Positions 18,846 to 27,145 of a stretch of DNA of 64,000 bases are shown in pieces; position 1 is the first letter of the stretch, and the number at the start of each line of letters is the position of its first letter. The position numbers and the translations under genes were made by a program. Location: sequence record DRR723986_4720; one strand, given 5' to 3'. The notes under the pieces are model-generated. The model was given only the letters and a program-made list of their open reading frames with translations, was not told the origin of the DNA and searched no databases.

Positions 18846-19673
18846 ATGAAATATCGTACTCTCCTCGCCGGGCTCGTTTGTTTTTCAATATCGGGTATCG
18901 CCCAGGCCGAGGAGTATTTCCACCCCTACCTCAATCCATCCAACAAGCATGGGCTGCTGCTTGGTGCGACCTGGCAGGAGGCCGATGCCTCCATCAGTGC
19001 CAGCCGCCGGAATCTGCCAGAGGTGGAGTTGAGTCTCGGTGACCTGGGAACGGATGACCGGTACGACAGCTGGATGGTGGAGTATCGCTATCGCTTTAAT
19101 GAGAACTGGGGTCTTGCCGCGGGCGCTTATACCTTCAAGGTTGACGGAAACCGGTCGGCCAGCCGCGACTTCAACTATGACGGTGTCGAGTTCGAGGCCG
19201 GGATAGTGCTGGACACCGAGGTGGAGGTTGATACCTATATCCTTGATGTCATGTACACAGCGCATCGGGGCGAACGCGCCGAACTGCTGGTTGGGGGCGG
19301 TCTCCATATGTTCGATTTCAGCGCCGGGATTCGCGCCGTGGCCAATATTGGTGATCTGGAGGGAGGTCGTCAGAACGCTGCGGAAAATTTGCTGGCCCCG
19401 CTGCCCAACCTGCGGGCCCAGGGCTTCTACGCATTTACACCGAAATTAGCCGGCCTGGCGACCCTGGGCTGGTTGAGCGCGAACTACGAGGATTACGAGG
19501 GGGAGTTCGTCTACCTCCATGCCCGCCTGCACTACCGCTTCGATGCCGGCTTCGGGATCGCCGCGGGCTACCAGCTCACCGATGTGAACGTGAGCGAGCA
19601 GACGTCCACCAAGAAAGACAGCTTTGACATTAGGTTCCGGGGACCGACGCTGCAGCTGACCTACAGTTTCTGA
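18846..19673 (+). CDS. Hypothetical outer-membrane beta-barrel protein
   Basis: Signal peptide, amphipathic strands, APLPNL motif, terminal LTYSF beta-signal. Confidence 0.75.
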   Translation: MKYRTLLAGLVCFSISGIAQAEEYFHPYLNPSNKHGLLLGATWQEADASISASRRNLPEVELSLGDLGTDDRYDSWMVEYRYRFNENWGLAAGAYTFKVDGNRSASRDFNYDGVEFEAGIVLDTEVEVDTYILDVMYTAHRGERAELLVGGGLHMFDFSAGIRAVANIGDLEGGRQNAAENLLAPLPNLRAQGFYAFTPKLAGLATLGWLSANYEDYEGEFVYLHARLHYRFDAGFGIAAGYQLTDVNVSEQTSTKKDSFDIRFRGPTLQLTYSF

Positions 19674-19716
19674 GCGACGGTCGCAGGCCTGGCCGGCGTT
19701 CGAGTGGATAGAATTG

Positions 19717-19741
19717 AAAAAGGGGCTGAACGCCCCTTTTT
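19717..19741. terminator. Bidirectional rho-independent terminator
   Basis: AAAAAGGGGC-TGAAC-GCCCCTTTTT between convergent genes. Confidence 0.9.
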
Positions 19742-19764
19742 AGCAAGTGCCTGCGCAGCGTGAT

Positions 19765-20163
19765 CTAGCTGCGGCCACCCTTGATCAGGCTGCGGAACCA
19801 GTCGGCCAGGGTTTCATGCTTGTAGTCAGTGAACTCGCCGGCATCCATGAACATACCGTGCTCGTTACACATTTCATACCAGATGTGGGGCTGGTCCGGA
19901 TCCGAGGTCTTTTCCATGTCCTTGCCGCAGCGTGGGCAGGCGATATCTTCGACGGCGTCCCATTTCTTGCCCTCGTCGGCGCTGCCCAGGTCCAGTGCGT
20001 CGCCCATCCACTGCTTTTTCAGCTGTTCGGCCTCGCCGGTGTCGAACCAGAGGCCCTGACAGCTGGTGCAACGGTCAATGGTGACCTGTCCGTAGGTGAT
20101 TTCTTCCATGCCATGACCACACTTGGGGCATTGGATGCTGTGTACGTCGGGATTGTGTTCCAT
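19765..20163 (-). CDS. Tandem zf-TFIIB-type zinc-ribbon protein
   Basis: CPKC...DRCTSCQGLWFDTGE and CPRC...CNEHGMFMDAGE repeats. Confidence 0.85.
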   Translation of the reverse strand: MEHNPDVHSIQCPKCGHGMEEITYGQVTIDRCTSCQGLWFDTGEAEQLKKQWMGDALDLGSADEGKKWDAVEDIACPRCGKDMEKTSDPDQPHIWYEMCNEHGMFMDAGEFTDYKHETLADWFRSLIKGGRS

Positions 20164-20389
20164 CTGCGTGATTCCGTAGCTGGTGGTTATTTGCATCTAT
20201 TATAGACACTGTTACGTGCCGGGCCAGAGGAGTCTAGCCCAGCGAAGGGGGAAAGTCCTCCCCGCTGGGGCAAAATATGGCGCCAGCGCTGGCTTTCAGC
20301 TTAGTTTAATATTGCGGGAGCAGACTGCTGGGCCTTTCGGGGGGAAACTCCGCCCGCAGGCGGTACAACCCTGATACGAGGAATCTGAC

Positions 20390-21016
20390 ATGCGAACAAT
20401 GACCCGCTGGATATCCGGCCTGATCACAGCACTTGCCTGTGGCGTCATGGCACCCGCCATGGCTGATGGTGAGGCGAGTTTCGCGACCTGCGCAGCCTGC
20501 CATGGTGCTGATGCCAGCGGTAATGTGGCGCTCAATGCCCCGCGGCTTAACCACCTTGCGCCAGTGTACATTGCCGCCCAGCTGTCCAAGTTCAAAACCG
20601 GCGTTCGCGGTGGTGAAGGTGGCAGTGTCGCCGGCAAGCAAATGGCACCAATGGCCTACACCCTCGCGGATGACGAGGCGATCACCGCAGTAGCAGACTA
20701 CATTGCCGGCCTCGACAGCGCGCCGTCACCAGTCACCATCGAGGGTGACGTGGCACTGGGTGCGGATTACTACAACCAGTTCTGCGGTGCCTGTCATGGT
20801 GCTGCGGCCGAGGGTAATCTGGCCCTCAGCTCGCCCCGATTGGCAGGGTCTGATGACTGGTATCTGGTGGAACAGCTGCGTGCGTTCCGCGCCGGCGAGC
20901 GCGGCGCCCACCCCGACGATCGTACCGGCAAGCAGATGCGGGCCATGTCCATGGTGCTGCCTGATGACCAGGCGGTTGCCGATGTGGTGGCATTTGTCCG
21001 GAGCCTGGCCAGGTAG
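20390..21016 (+). CDS. Diheme cytochrome c4/c553-like
   Basis: Signal peptide; CAACH and CGACH, each followed by PRL...QL..F and KQM distal Met; GAGG RBS. Confidence 0.92.
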   Translation: MRTMTRWISGLITALACGVMAPAMADGEASFATCAACHGADASGNVALNAPRLNHLAPVYIAAQLSKFKTGVRGGEGGSVAGKQMAPMAYTLADDEAITAVADYIAGLDSAPSPVTIEGDVALGADYYNQFCGACHGAAAEGNLALSSPRLAGSDDWYLVEQLRAFRAGERGAHPDDRTGKQMRAMSMVLPDDQAVADVVAFVRSLAR

Positions 21017-21025
21017 CCTCCTGCG

Positions 21026-22219
21026 ATGCAGCGCCTTCTTGCTACTTTCTGGATCGTGTTCCTGGCTCCGCTGTTACAGGCGGCGCCGGACGCTTTTGTG
21101 CTGGCCGAAGACTGCCCGCCGGGCTTTGAGCTCAGCAGCGGCCAGTGTGAACTGCGCAGCCTCTACCAGATGTATGCCTCGCTGGAAGATGCGGGGGTGG
21201 GTGGCCTGAAGACGGGCTTGCCGGCCCATAGGGACGGCTTTTCACCGCAGCAGACAGACCTCGGTCGTTACCTGTTCTTCGACCCGGTCCTGTCTGGCAA
21301 CGGCAAGGTGTCCTGCGCCACCTGTCACAACCCGAACCAGGGCTTCTCTGACGGCATGGGTCGCAGCGTCGGGGTAACCGGTGAGCGGGTCAAGCGCTCC
21401 GCGCCCACCCTGTGGAATGTGGCTTTCCTGCAGAGCTTTTTCTGGGATGCGCGGTCCGACAGCCTGGAAGCGCAGATGCAGGGTCCGCTGTACGATCCGC
21501 TGGAGATGGGCAATACACCGCAGCAGTTGCTGCAGTCGTTGAACGCTATTCCCGCGTATCGCGCGCTGTTTGCCCAGGCCTTCCCCGCCGAGTTCGGTGC
21601 GCCGGATGCGCAGATCCAGTTGCACCAGATTTATGCCGCGATCACGGCGTTCCAGGTGTCCCTGGTTTCCCTCAACAGCCGGTATGACCAGTATGCCCAT
21701 GGCTATGCCGACGCCCTCACTGAAAACGAGAAAGAGGGCCTCAATATTTTCCGTTCCTTCGTCGCTCGCTGCGCCGAATGTCACACCCCGCCGCTGTTCA
21801 CCAACCAGCAGGTGGCTGTCATCGGCACGCCGGAGCCCGAGGGCCTGCCTTTCGATCCGGGCGCGGCCACGCCCTTGAATGAGCCCAGCCAGCGCGGCGG
21901 TTTCAAAGTGCCCAGCCTGCGCAACATCGAACTCACCGCGCCTTACATGCACTCCGGACGCTTCGAGACCCTTTACGAGGCGGCCGAGTTCTATACCATG
22001 GGACGCGGCCACGCGGTCCCCGAGGGTGAGGAATTGATGATTCACTGGCATATCTGGGAGCCCAATTTGACGGACACCGAGATCCATCGCCTGGTGGATT
22101 TTCTGAAGACACTGACTGATGAAAGCTTTAAACCACAGACACCGGCCAGGTTGCCCTCCGGGCTATCGCTGGTAAACAATAATCTCGCCAGTCTGAGCGA
22201 GTCCCACAAGGGGGAGTAG
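21026..22219 (+). CDS. Diheme cytochrome c peroxidase superfamily protein, MauG-type (Tyr at distal-ligand position)
   Basis: LGRYLFFDPVLS, CATCH, FFWDAR, CAECH, FKVPSLRNIELTAPYMHSGRFETLYEAAEFY. Confidence 0.9.
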   Translation: MQRLLATFWIVFLAPLLQAAPDAFVLAEDCPPGFELSSGQCELRSLYQMYASLEDAGVGGLKTGLPAHRDGFSPQQTDLGRYLFFDPVLSGNGKVSCATCHNPNQGFSDGMGRSVGVTGERVKRSAPTLWNVAFLQSFFWDARSDSLEAQMQGPLYDPLEMGNTPQQLLQSLNAIPAYRALFAQAFPAEFGAPDAQIQLHQIYAAITAFQVSLVSLNSRYDQYAHGYADALTENEKEGLNIFRSFVARCAECHTPPLFTNQQVAVIGTPEPEGLPFDPGAATPLNEPSQRGGFKVPSLRNIELTAPYMHSGRFETLYEAAEFYTMGRGHAVPEGEELMIHWHIWEPNLTDTEIHRLVDFLKTLTDESFKPQTPARLPSGLSLVNNNLASLSESHKGE

Positions 22220-22223
22220 CAGC

Positions 22224-23756
22224 ATGAATAAGTTAATCGGCATTATTGGCGCCGTGGTATTGGTGGGGGCCGGTTTTTACCTCGGCCAGGCCAACCAGCC
22301 GGAACCGACGGTAATCAAGGTTCCCGAGGCGCAGAAATCAGCGTTCACTTCCGAAGGTGCTGAGGAAGCCGCCGCCGCAACTGCCGCGGCCGGCGCTGCC
22401 ACCGCCGTGGTGCGCAGCCTGCAGACGCCGACCTCTGGCGAGGTCATCATCGTCAACGATGGTGAGTCCATCCAGGACGCAGTAGTGGCGGCTTCTCCCG
22501 GCGCGGTGATCAAGATCATGCCGGGCACCTACCGCGAAACGGTCTACGTGGATAAAGACAACATCACCCTGTCCGGGGTGATCGAGCAGGGTAACTACCC
22601 GGTGATGGACGGTGAGGGCGTGCGCAATGACGCGGTGCTTTACTCCGGTAACGGATTTACCGTCGAGAACCTGTACATCACCAAGTACAAAGGCAATGCC
22701 ATCATGGGGCAGGCGGGTAATAACTACATTATCCGTAATAACATCATTGTCGATACCGGCGTGTACGGCATTTTTCCCCAGCTCGGCAAGAACGGCATCG
22801 TCTCCCACAACGTGATATCGGGCATTGAAGATGCGGCAATCTACGTGGGCATGTCCGATAACGTTGATGTGGTGTTCAACGAGGTGTTCGACAGTGTTGC
22901 CGGCATCGAGATCGAGAACAGCCGCCACGCGCTTGTCGAAGGCAATATGGTCTACAACAACACCGGCGGTATCCTGGCCTTTATTACTCCCGGCTTACCC
23001 ATCAAGACCTGCGGTGATGTGCTGATTCGCAATAACTTCGTGGTCAACAACAACCACGAAAACTTCGCAATACCGGGATCACTGGTTTCCAATATCCCAG
23101 AAGGCACCGGCATCCTGGTCATGGCCTGTGACGATGTCGTGGTCGAAGGCAATATCATCACCGGCAATGACTCGGTCGGTATAACCCTGACCGACTTCTC
23201 CCTAGCCTCTAGCACGGCCAAGGATATTGAGGCTGACGGCAATCCGAACCGCCCCCGGATCCTGAACAACATCATGCGCAATAACGGCAACAATCCGGCA
23301 CCGATGGTGCGTGCGGCCCTGGCAGCAATGATGACGACGACTGGCCCGGATATTGCCGACACGGTGGGCATGGATGATGGCTGTATCCTTAATCCAGAGC
23401 GCTATCGCACCATCGGTCTGGGCAAGTATGGCGACTGCGAGTTTGATACCACCATGAACGTGGCCAGCTATACCTTGCCTGAGCCGGTGCCGCCGCGGAC
23501 CAAGGAGCACATGCAGACCGGCAGGCTGGTGTACTACGGTGTGTGTGCCGGTTGTCACGCCTATAATTCGCGCATGATCGGTCCGCCGACCCAGATCATC
23601 CAGGCGCTGTACATGGACAACCCCCAGGGCATCGCCGATTATGCGGCCAACCCGGTCAAGAAACGCGACGATTACCCCGAGATGCCGCCCCAGGGGCACC
23701 TCGACGAGGCCTCGCGTCTTGCCGCTGCGGAGTTCATGCTTAAAATCAAGAAGTAA
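22224..23756 (+). CDS. Membrane-anchored parallel beta-helix protein with C-terminal cytochrome c domain
   Basis: N-terminal TM, Ala linker, SIQDAV..PG, DAAIYVGMS/GIEIENS beta-helix (TIGR03805-like), C-terminal CAGCH...EMPPQ. Confidence 0.88.
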   Translation: MNKLIGIIGAVVLVGAGFYLGQANQPEPTVIKVPEAQKSAFTSEGAEEAAAATAAAGAATAVVRSLQTPTSGEVIIVNDGESIQDAVVAASPGAVIKIMPGTYRETVYVDKDNITLSGVIEQGNYPVMDGEGVRNDAVLYSGNGFTVENLYITKYKGNAIMGQAGNNYIIRNNIIVDTGVYGIFPQLGKNGIVSHNVISGIEDAAIYVGMSDNVDVVFNEVFDSVAGIEIENSRHALVEGNMVYNNTGGILAFITPGLPIKTCGDVLIRNNFVVNNNHENFAIPGSLVSNIPEGTGILVMACDDVVVEGNIITGNDSVGITLTDFSLASSTAKDIEADGNPNRPRILNNIMRNNGNNPAPMVRAALAAMMTTTGPDIADTVGMDDGCILNPERYRTIGLGKYGDCEFDTTMNVASYTLPEPVPPRTKEHMQTGRLVYYGVCAGCHAYNSRMIGPPTQIIQALYMDNPQGIADYAANPVKKRDDYPEMPPQGHLDEASRLAAAEFMLKIKK

Positions 23757-23774
23757 GCGGAACCTGTATGTCTC

Positions 23775-23799
23775 AAAGCCACCTGCGGGTGGCTTTTTT
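23775..23799 (+). terminator. Rho-independent terminator
   Basis: AAAGCCACC-TGCG-GGTGGCTTT followed by further T residues, after the cytochrome operon. Confidence 0.88.
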
Positions 23800-24203
23800 C
23801 ATTCCCGCTCCCGGGTTTTTTCCAGCACGCGATCGTAGCGCGACTTCAGCTGTGCATGCTCGCGCACATCGGCGAGCCGGGACAGCCGGTCCTGGGGGTC
23901 GGCCGGGGCAGGGGGTTCAGCTGCCTCAGCCCGGCTGCTTGCCGGCCCCGGCTTCTTGTCCGCCTGGGGCCTGAACTGCCATAGGACAAAGAGCAGGGCA
24001 CCGTAGACGATCAGGATTTTTGCGACCAGTGCGTAAATTTCGGTGCCCGGGTGTTCACGCGCCAGGTAATCGGCGATGTCCCGGTACAGTAGCGAACTCA
24101 CCGCGGCGAACAGCAGTACGCCGACCACGCGGAACAGCTTGTCTTTGTACTTGCCGAGGAAGAACAGGATGGACGAGTATTTGACGACCCGGAACAGGGA
24201 CAT
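23799..24203 (-). CDS. Hypothetical two-TM membrane protein
   Basis: Two hydrophobic segments; tightly coupled to the upstream gene. Confidence 0.7.
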   Translation of the reverse strand: MSLFRVVKYSSILFFLGKYKDKLFRVVGVLLFAAVSSLLYRDIADYLAREHPGTEIYALVAKILIVYGALLFVLWQFRPQADKKPGPASSRAEAAEPPAPADPQDRLSRLADVREHAQLKSRYDRVLEKTRERE

Positions 24204-24205
24204 GG

Positions 24206-24457
24206 TCAGATACCGATGTTAATGCCCAACAACAGGGCGACAATGCCAAAGCCTTTCCAGCCGATGCCGGACCAGATTTCTTTTTCCTTCTCGGCCACCA
24301 GGTACTCGAGGTCTTCGTCAGAATAATCCGTTTCCTGGCGACCGGCATGGATAATATCCTGCCGCACCCGCGCAATTGCAGCTTCCCGCAGTTTCTGGCG
24401 AACGAGACGAGGTGCGCGGATGCGCGACTTGCTGTCCTGGTTCATGCTTTCCGTCAT
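24206..24457 (-). CDS. Hypothetical small protein with C-terminal membrane anchor
   Basis: AAIARVRQDIIHAGRQETDYSDEDLEYLVAEKEKEI plus hydrophobic tail. Confidence 0.7.
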   Translation of the reverse strand: MTESMNQDSKSRIRAPRLVRQKLREAAIARVRQDIIHAGRQETDYSDEDLEYLVAEKEKEIWSGIGWKGFGIVALLLGINIGI

Positions 24458-24494
24458 TTGCTGATTCCAATCACAGGATAGGCCCTGGTGCCGG

Positions 24495-25145
24495 TCAACA
24501 CCAGCTTGCCTCGCCGGCCGGTTGGCGCATCAGTTCCTCGATATTGGCTCGCAGGATCCGGTAACCCACGTTGCCATATAGCATCTGGCGGCCATCGTTC
24601 AGCACCCAGGTCGGGCTGCCGCGAACGCCGAGCTCCTGCGCCAGCCGCTGGTCTGCGCTCAGGGCGGCAATGGCTTGCCCGCTGCGTATTACCGCCCGCA
24701 ATGCGGCCTCATCCAGTCCGCAGGCGCCTGCGACCGGGAGTAACTGGTCGCCATCGCCAATGTCGATGCCCTCACAGAAGAAGGCCTTGCGCAGTGCCAG
24801 CGCCAGCGCATGGCTGGCATCCGGCCCGCTGACCAGGGTGGCCGCCTTGAGCAGCAGGTGCGCCTGTTGCGAAGAGTGGGGCCGGACCTGTGTCCAGATA
24901 TCGCGGTGCACGGCCGTGTGTTCGTGTCCCGCAGCCGACTCCCGTACATGCGTGCCGAAAGCCTCGAAGCCATCTTCCCCGCCCCACTGCTTGCGGATCT
25001 TGTTATGGGCATCCCCGAAGATATCGACATAGCGATGCCGAACTTTAATCTCCTGCTGCCACTCCGCCTGCAGTGTGTCCAGGCGCGGCTGCGCTACCCA
25101 TGCCCAGACGCAAAGCACGTCACTGTAGTAGTCGATAGCAATCAC
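24495..25145 (-). CDS. DsbA/FrnE-like thioredoxin-fold protein (single Cys, CVWA)
   Basis: IDYYSDVLCVWAW, GVRGSPTW cis-Pro loop, LYGNVGYRI, GEASWC; GTG start with GAGGAG RBS. Confidence 0.85.
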   Translation of the reverse strand: MIAIDYYSDVLCVWAWVAQPRLDTLQAEWQQEIKVRHRYVDIFGDAHNKIRKQWGGEDGFEAFGTHVRESAAGHEHTAVHRDIWTQVRPHSSQQAHLLLKAATLVSGPDASHALALALRKAFFCEGIDIGDGDQLLPVAGACGLDEAALRAVIRSGQAIAALSADQRLAQELGVRGSPTWVLNDGRQMLYGNVGYRILRANIEELMRQPAGEASWC

Positions 25146-25334
25146 CTGCTTCTCCTCGGGATTGATTATTGATGCGTGGAACTGTGCAGCCTTGTTGTCC
25201 CACTGCGGGAACTTAGCTTGCTGATGCTGATTAATGCAGCAAACACCGATGCAGGTCAAAAAATAATCGTTACACCGGTCGCGTTTCATCCTAAACTGAT
25301 TCTGCGGTACCCCCGATATTACGGAGTGCGAGAC

Positions 25335-25949
25335 ATGTTGGAAAAAGAATTGGCCCAGGCCACCAAAATGGCTGAGCGGGCAAGCAAACAGGTAGAGCAG
25401 TTACGCAAGCGTCTGCTGGCGGAGACTGAAAAAGCACATGCCAAAGCCAAGCGTGATCTGGCTGCTGCGCGCAAGAAGCATGGCACGGCAAGCACCCGGC
25501 TGAAGAAGGCCCGCGCCAGCATCCGGACCAGGCCGGGCAGCGTCGATCAGAAGAAAGTGGACGAACTGCGCAAGCAGGTTGAACACCTTGCCGATACCGT
25601 GGCGAGCATAGCAAAGGCCGCCTACGAGTATGCGGAGAAGCTGATGCCCATGCGTGCCGACTACATGCTGGAACAGCGCAAGGCGGCGGCAGCGGAACGC
25701 GCGGCTGCAATGGTAGAGAAAGCGGCGGAGCGCCAGGCCAAGGCCAAATCGCGTAAGAAGAAGCCTGCGGCCAAGAAAAAAGCTGCGCCCAAAAAGGCTG
25801 CTGCCAAAAAGAAAGCGGCGCCGAAGAAGACAGCAGCCGTGAAGAAAAAGGCGGCACCTAAGAAGAAAGCGGCACCGAAGAAGAAAGCTGCAGCGAAGAA
25901 AAAGGCAGCGCCGAGGAAGAAAGCGGCACCGAGAAAGAAGGCCGCCTGA
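25335..25949 (+). CDS. Histone H1-like / AlgP-like nucleoid protein
   Basis: Coiled-coil N-terminus plus KKKAAP repeat tail; GGAG RBS. Confidence 0.8.
   Translation: MLEKELAQATKMAERASKQVEQLRKRLLAETEKAHAKAKRDLAAARKKHGTASTRLKKARASIRTRPGSVDQKKVDELRKQVEHLADTVASIAKAAYEYAEKLMPMRADYMLEQRKAAAAERAAAMVEKAAERQAKAKSRKKKPAAKKKAAPKKAAAKKKAAPKKTAAVKKKAAPKKKAAPKKKAAAKKKAAPRKKAAPRKKAA
25755..25946 (+). repeat. About 11 coding tandem repeats (K/R)KKAA(P/A/V), mostly 18 bp
   Basis: Seen directly, with synonymous codon variation between units. Confidence 0.95.
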
Positions 25950-25991
25950 TTCTGGCAGGCGCCCCTCAGGGGCGCAGCCGATCGCTACGTT

Positions 25992-27089
25992 CTACTGCGC
26001 CCGGTCTGCCGGGCGCACTCTTATCAGGCTTCCCTGCGAGCCGTCGGTGAGCAGGTACAGGAAGCCGTCCCCGAGGTCGCGAACGTCCCGGATGCGCTCT
26101 TCGAGCTCGTCGAACAGCACCTCCTCAGTGGCAACCCGGCCATCCTGCATGTCCAGTCGCCGAACCTCCTGGTCGACCAGTGCGCCCACAAATAGGTCTC
26201 CCCGCCATGCGGGAAAGGCGTCTCCGCCATACCAGGCCATGCCGGAAGGCGCGATACTTGGCACCCAGTACTTAAGCGGCTGCGCCATGCCGGGTGCCTC
26301 GGTGAAGGGCGAGACGTAGGCGCCGCTATAGTCCACGCCATAGCTTATCGCCGGCCAGCCATAGTTGGTGCCCGGTGCCAGAAGATTCAGCTCATCGCCG
26401 CCTCGAGGGCCGTGCTCATGGAGGTAGATTGCGCCGCTGTCCTGGTCAAGGCTGAGGCCCTGGATGTTGCGATGCCCGTAGGTCCATACTCGCCCGGTGC
26501 CGGTCCCGACAAAGGGGTTGTCAGCTGGCGTGGAGCCATCGTCATTGATGCGCAGCACCTTGCCGAGTTCGCTACTGACGTCCTGCGCCGCCTCCCGATA
26601 CTCGAAGCCTTCGCCAGTGGCAACCAGCAAGCTGCCGTCGGGGAGGAACAGCAGCCGGCCGCCGTAGTGCTGGGGCGTCGCCTTGAGCGGTTGGGTCAAC
26701 AGGATTTGCTGCGCATCGATCAGCTGGTTTCCGTCCAGGCGCGCCCGCATAACCGCGGTGCCATTCGCTGCCGGCGTCCCGTGGGCGTAGGACAGGTAAA
26801 TCAACTGGTTGCTGTCAAACTCGGGGTGCAGCACCACATCGAAGAAACCGCCCTGGCCCGCGTAGTAGGTCTCGGGAACGCCGCGAATTTCCGTGCCTTC
26901 CCCGCCGGCGCTCACGCGCAACAGCTTGCCCGGCCGCAGGGTAACCAGGAAGTCGCCCCCGGGCAGTAAGGCCACCGACCAGGGCTGGTCCAGGCCGCCG
27001 GCCACGGTTTCCAGCTGGTAATCGTCCGCCTTCGCCGGCAGGGCGATAAGGAGCAGGGATACAAGCAGTGTGCGCAGTGCAGTCGCCAT
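25992..27089 (-). CDS. PQQ-dependent soluble sugar (aldose) dehydrogenase
   Basis: GLDQPW, GQGGFFDVVLHP, HYGGRL, YGHRNIQG, HEHGPRGGDELN, SIAPSG. Confidence 0.93.
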   Translation of the reverse strand: MATALRTLLVSLLLIALPAKADDYQLETVAGGLDQPWSVALLPGGDFLVTLRPGKLLRVSAGGEGTEIRGVPETYYAGQGGFFDVVLHPEFDSNQLIYLSYAHGTPAANGTAVMRARLDGNQLIDAQQILLTQPLKATPQHYGGRLLFLPDGSLLVATGEGFEYREAAQDVSSELGKVLRINDDGSTPADNPFVGTGTGRVWTYGHRNIQGLSLDQDSGAIYLHEHGPRGGDELNLLAPGTNYGWPAISYGVDYSGAYVSPFTEAPGMAQPLKYWVPSIAPSGMAWYGGDAFPAWRGDLFVGALVDQEVRRLDMQDGRVATEEVLFDELEERIRDVRDLGDGFLYLLTDGSQGSLIRVRPADRAQ

Positions 27090-27145
27090 GTCGGGGTTTC
27101 TCTCGTCCGGGATTCGGTCCATTATAAGCGCTTATCAAAGACAGG

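Noticed and set aside
21026-22219. Methylamine dehydrogenase (mau) or methanobactin (mbn) cluster
   Set aside because: No mauAB/DE, mbnP or precursor peptide genes in the window
25755-25946. Tandem 18-bp repeats as a possible CRISPR array or VNTR element
   Set aside because: In-frame coding repeats with no spacers and no cas genes
25950-25991. GC hairpin GCGCCCC-TCA-GGGGCGC as a REP element
   Set aside because: Single copy; more likely a simple stem between convergent genes
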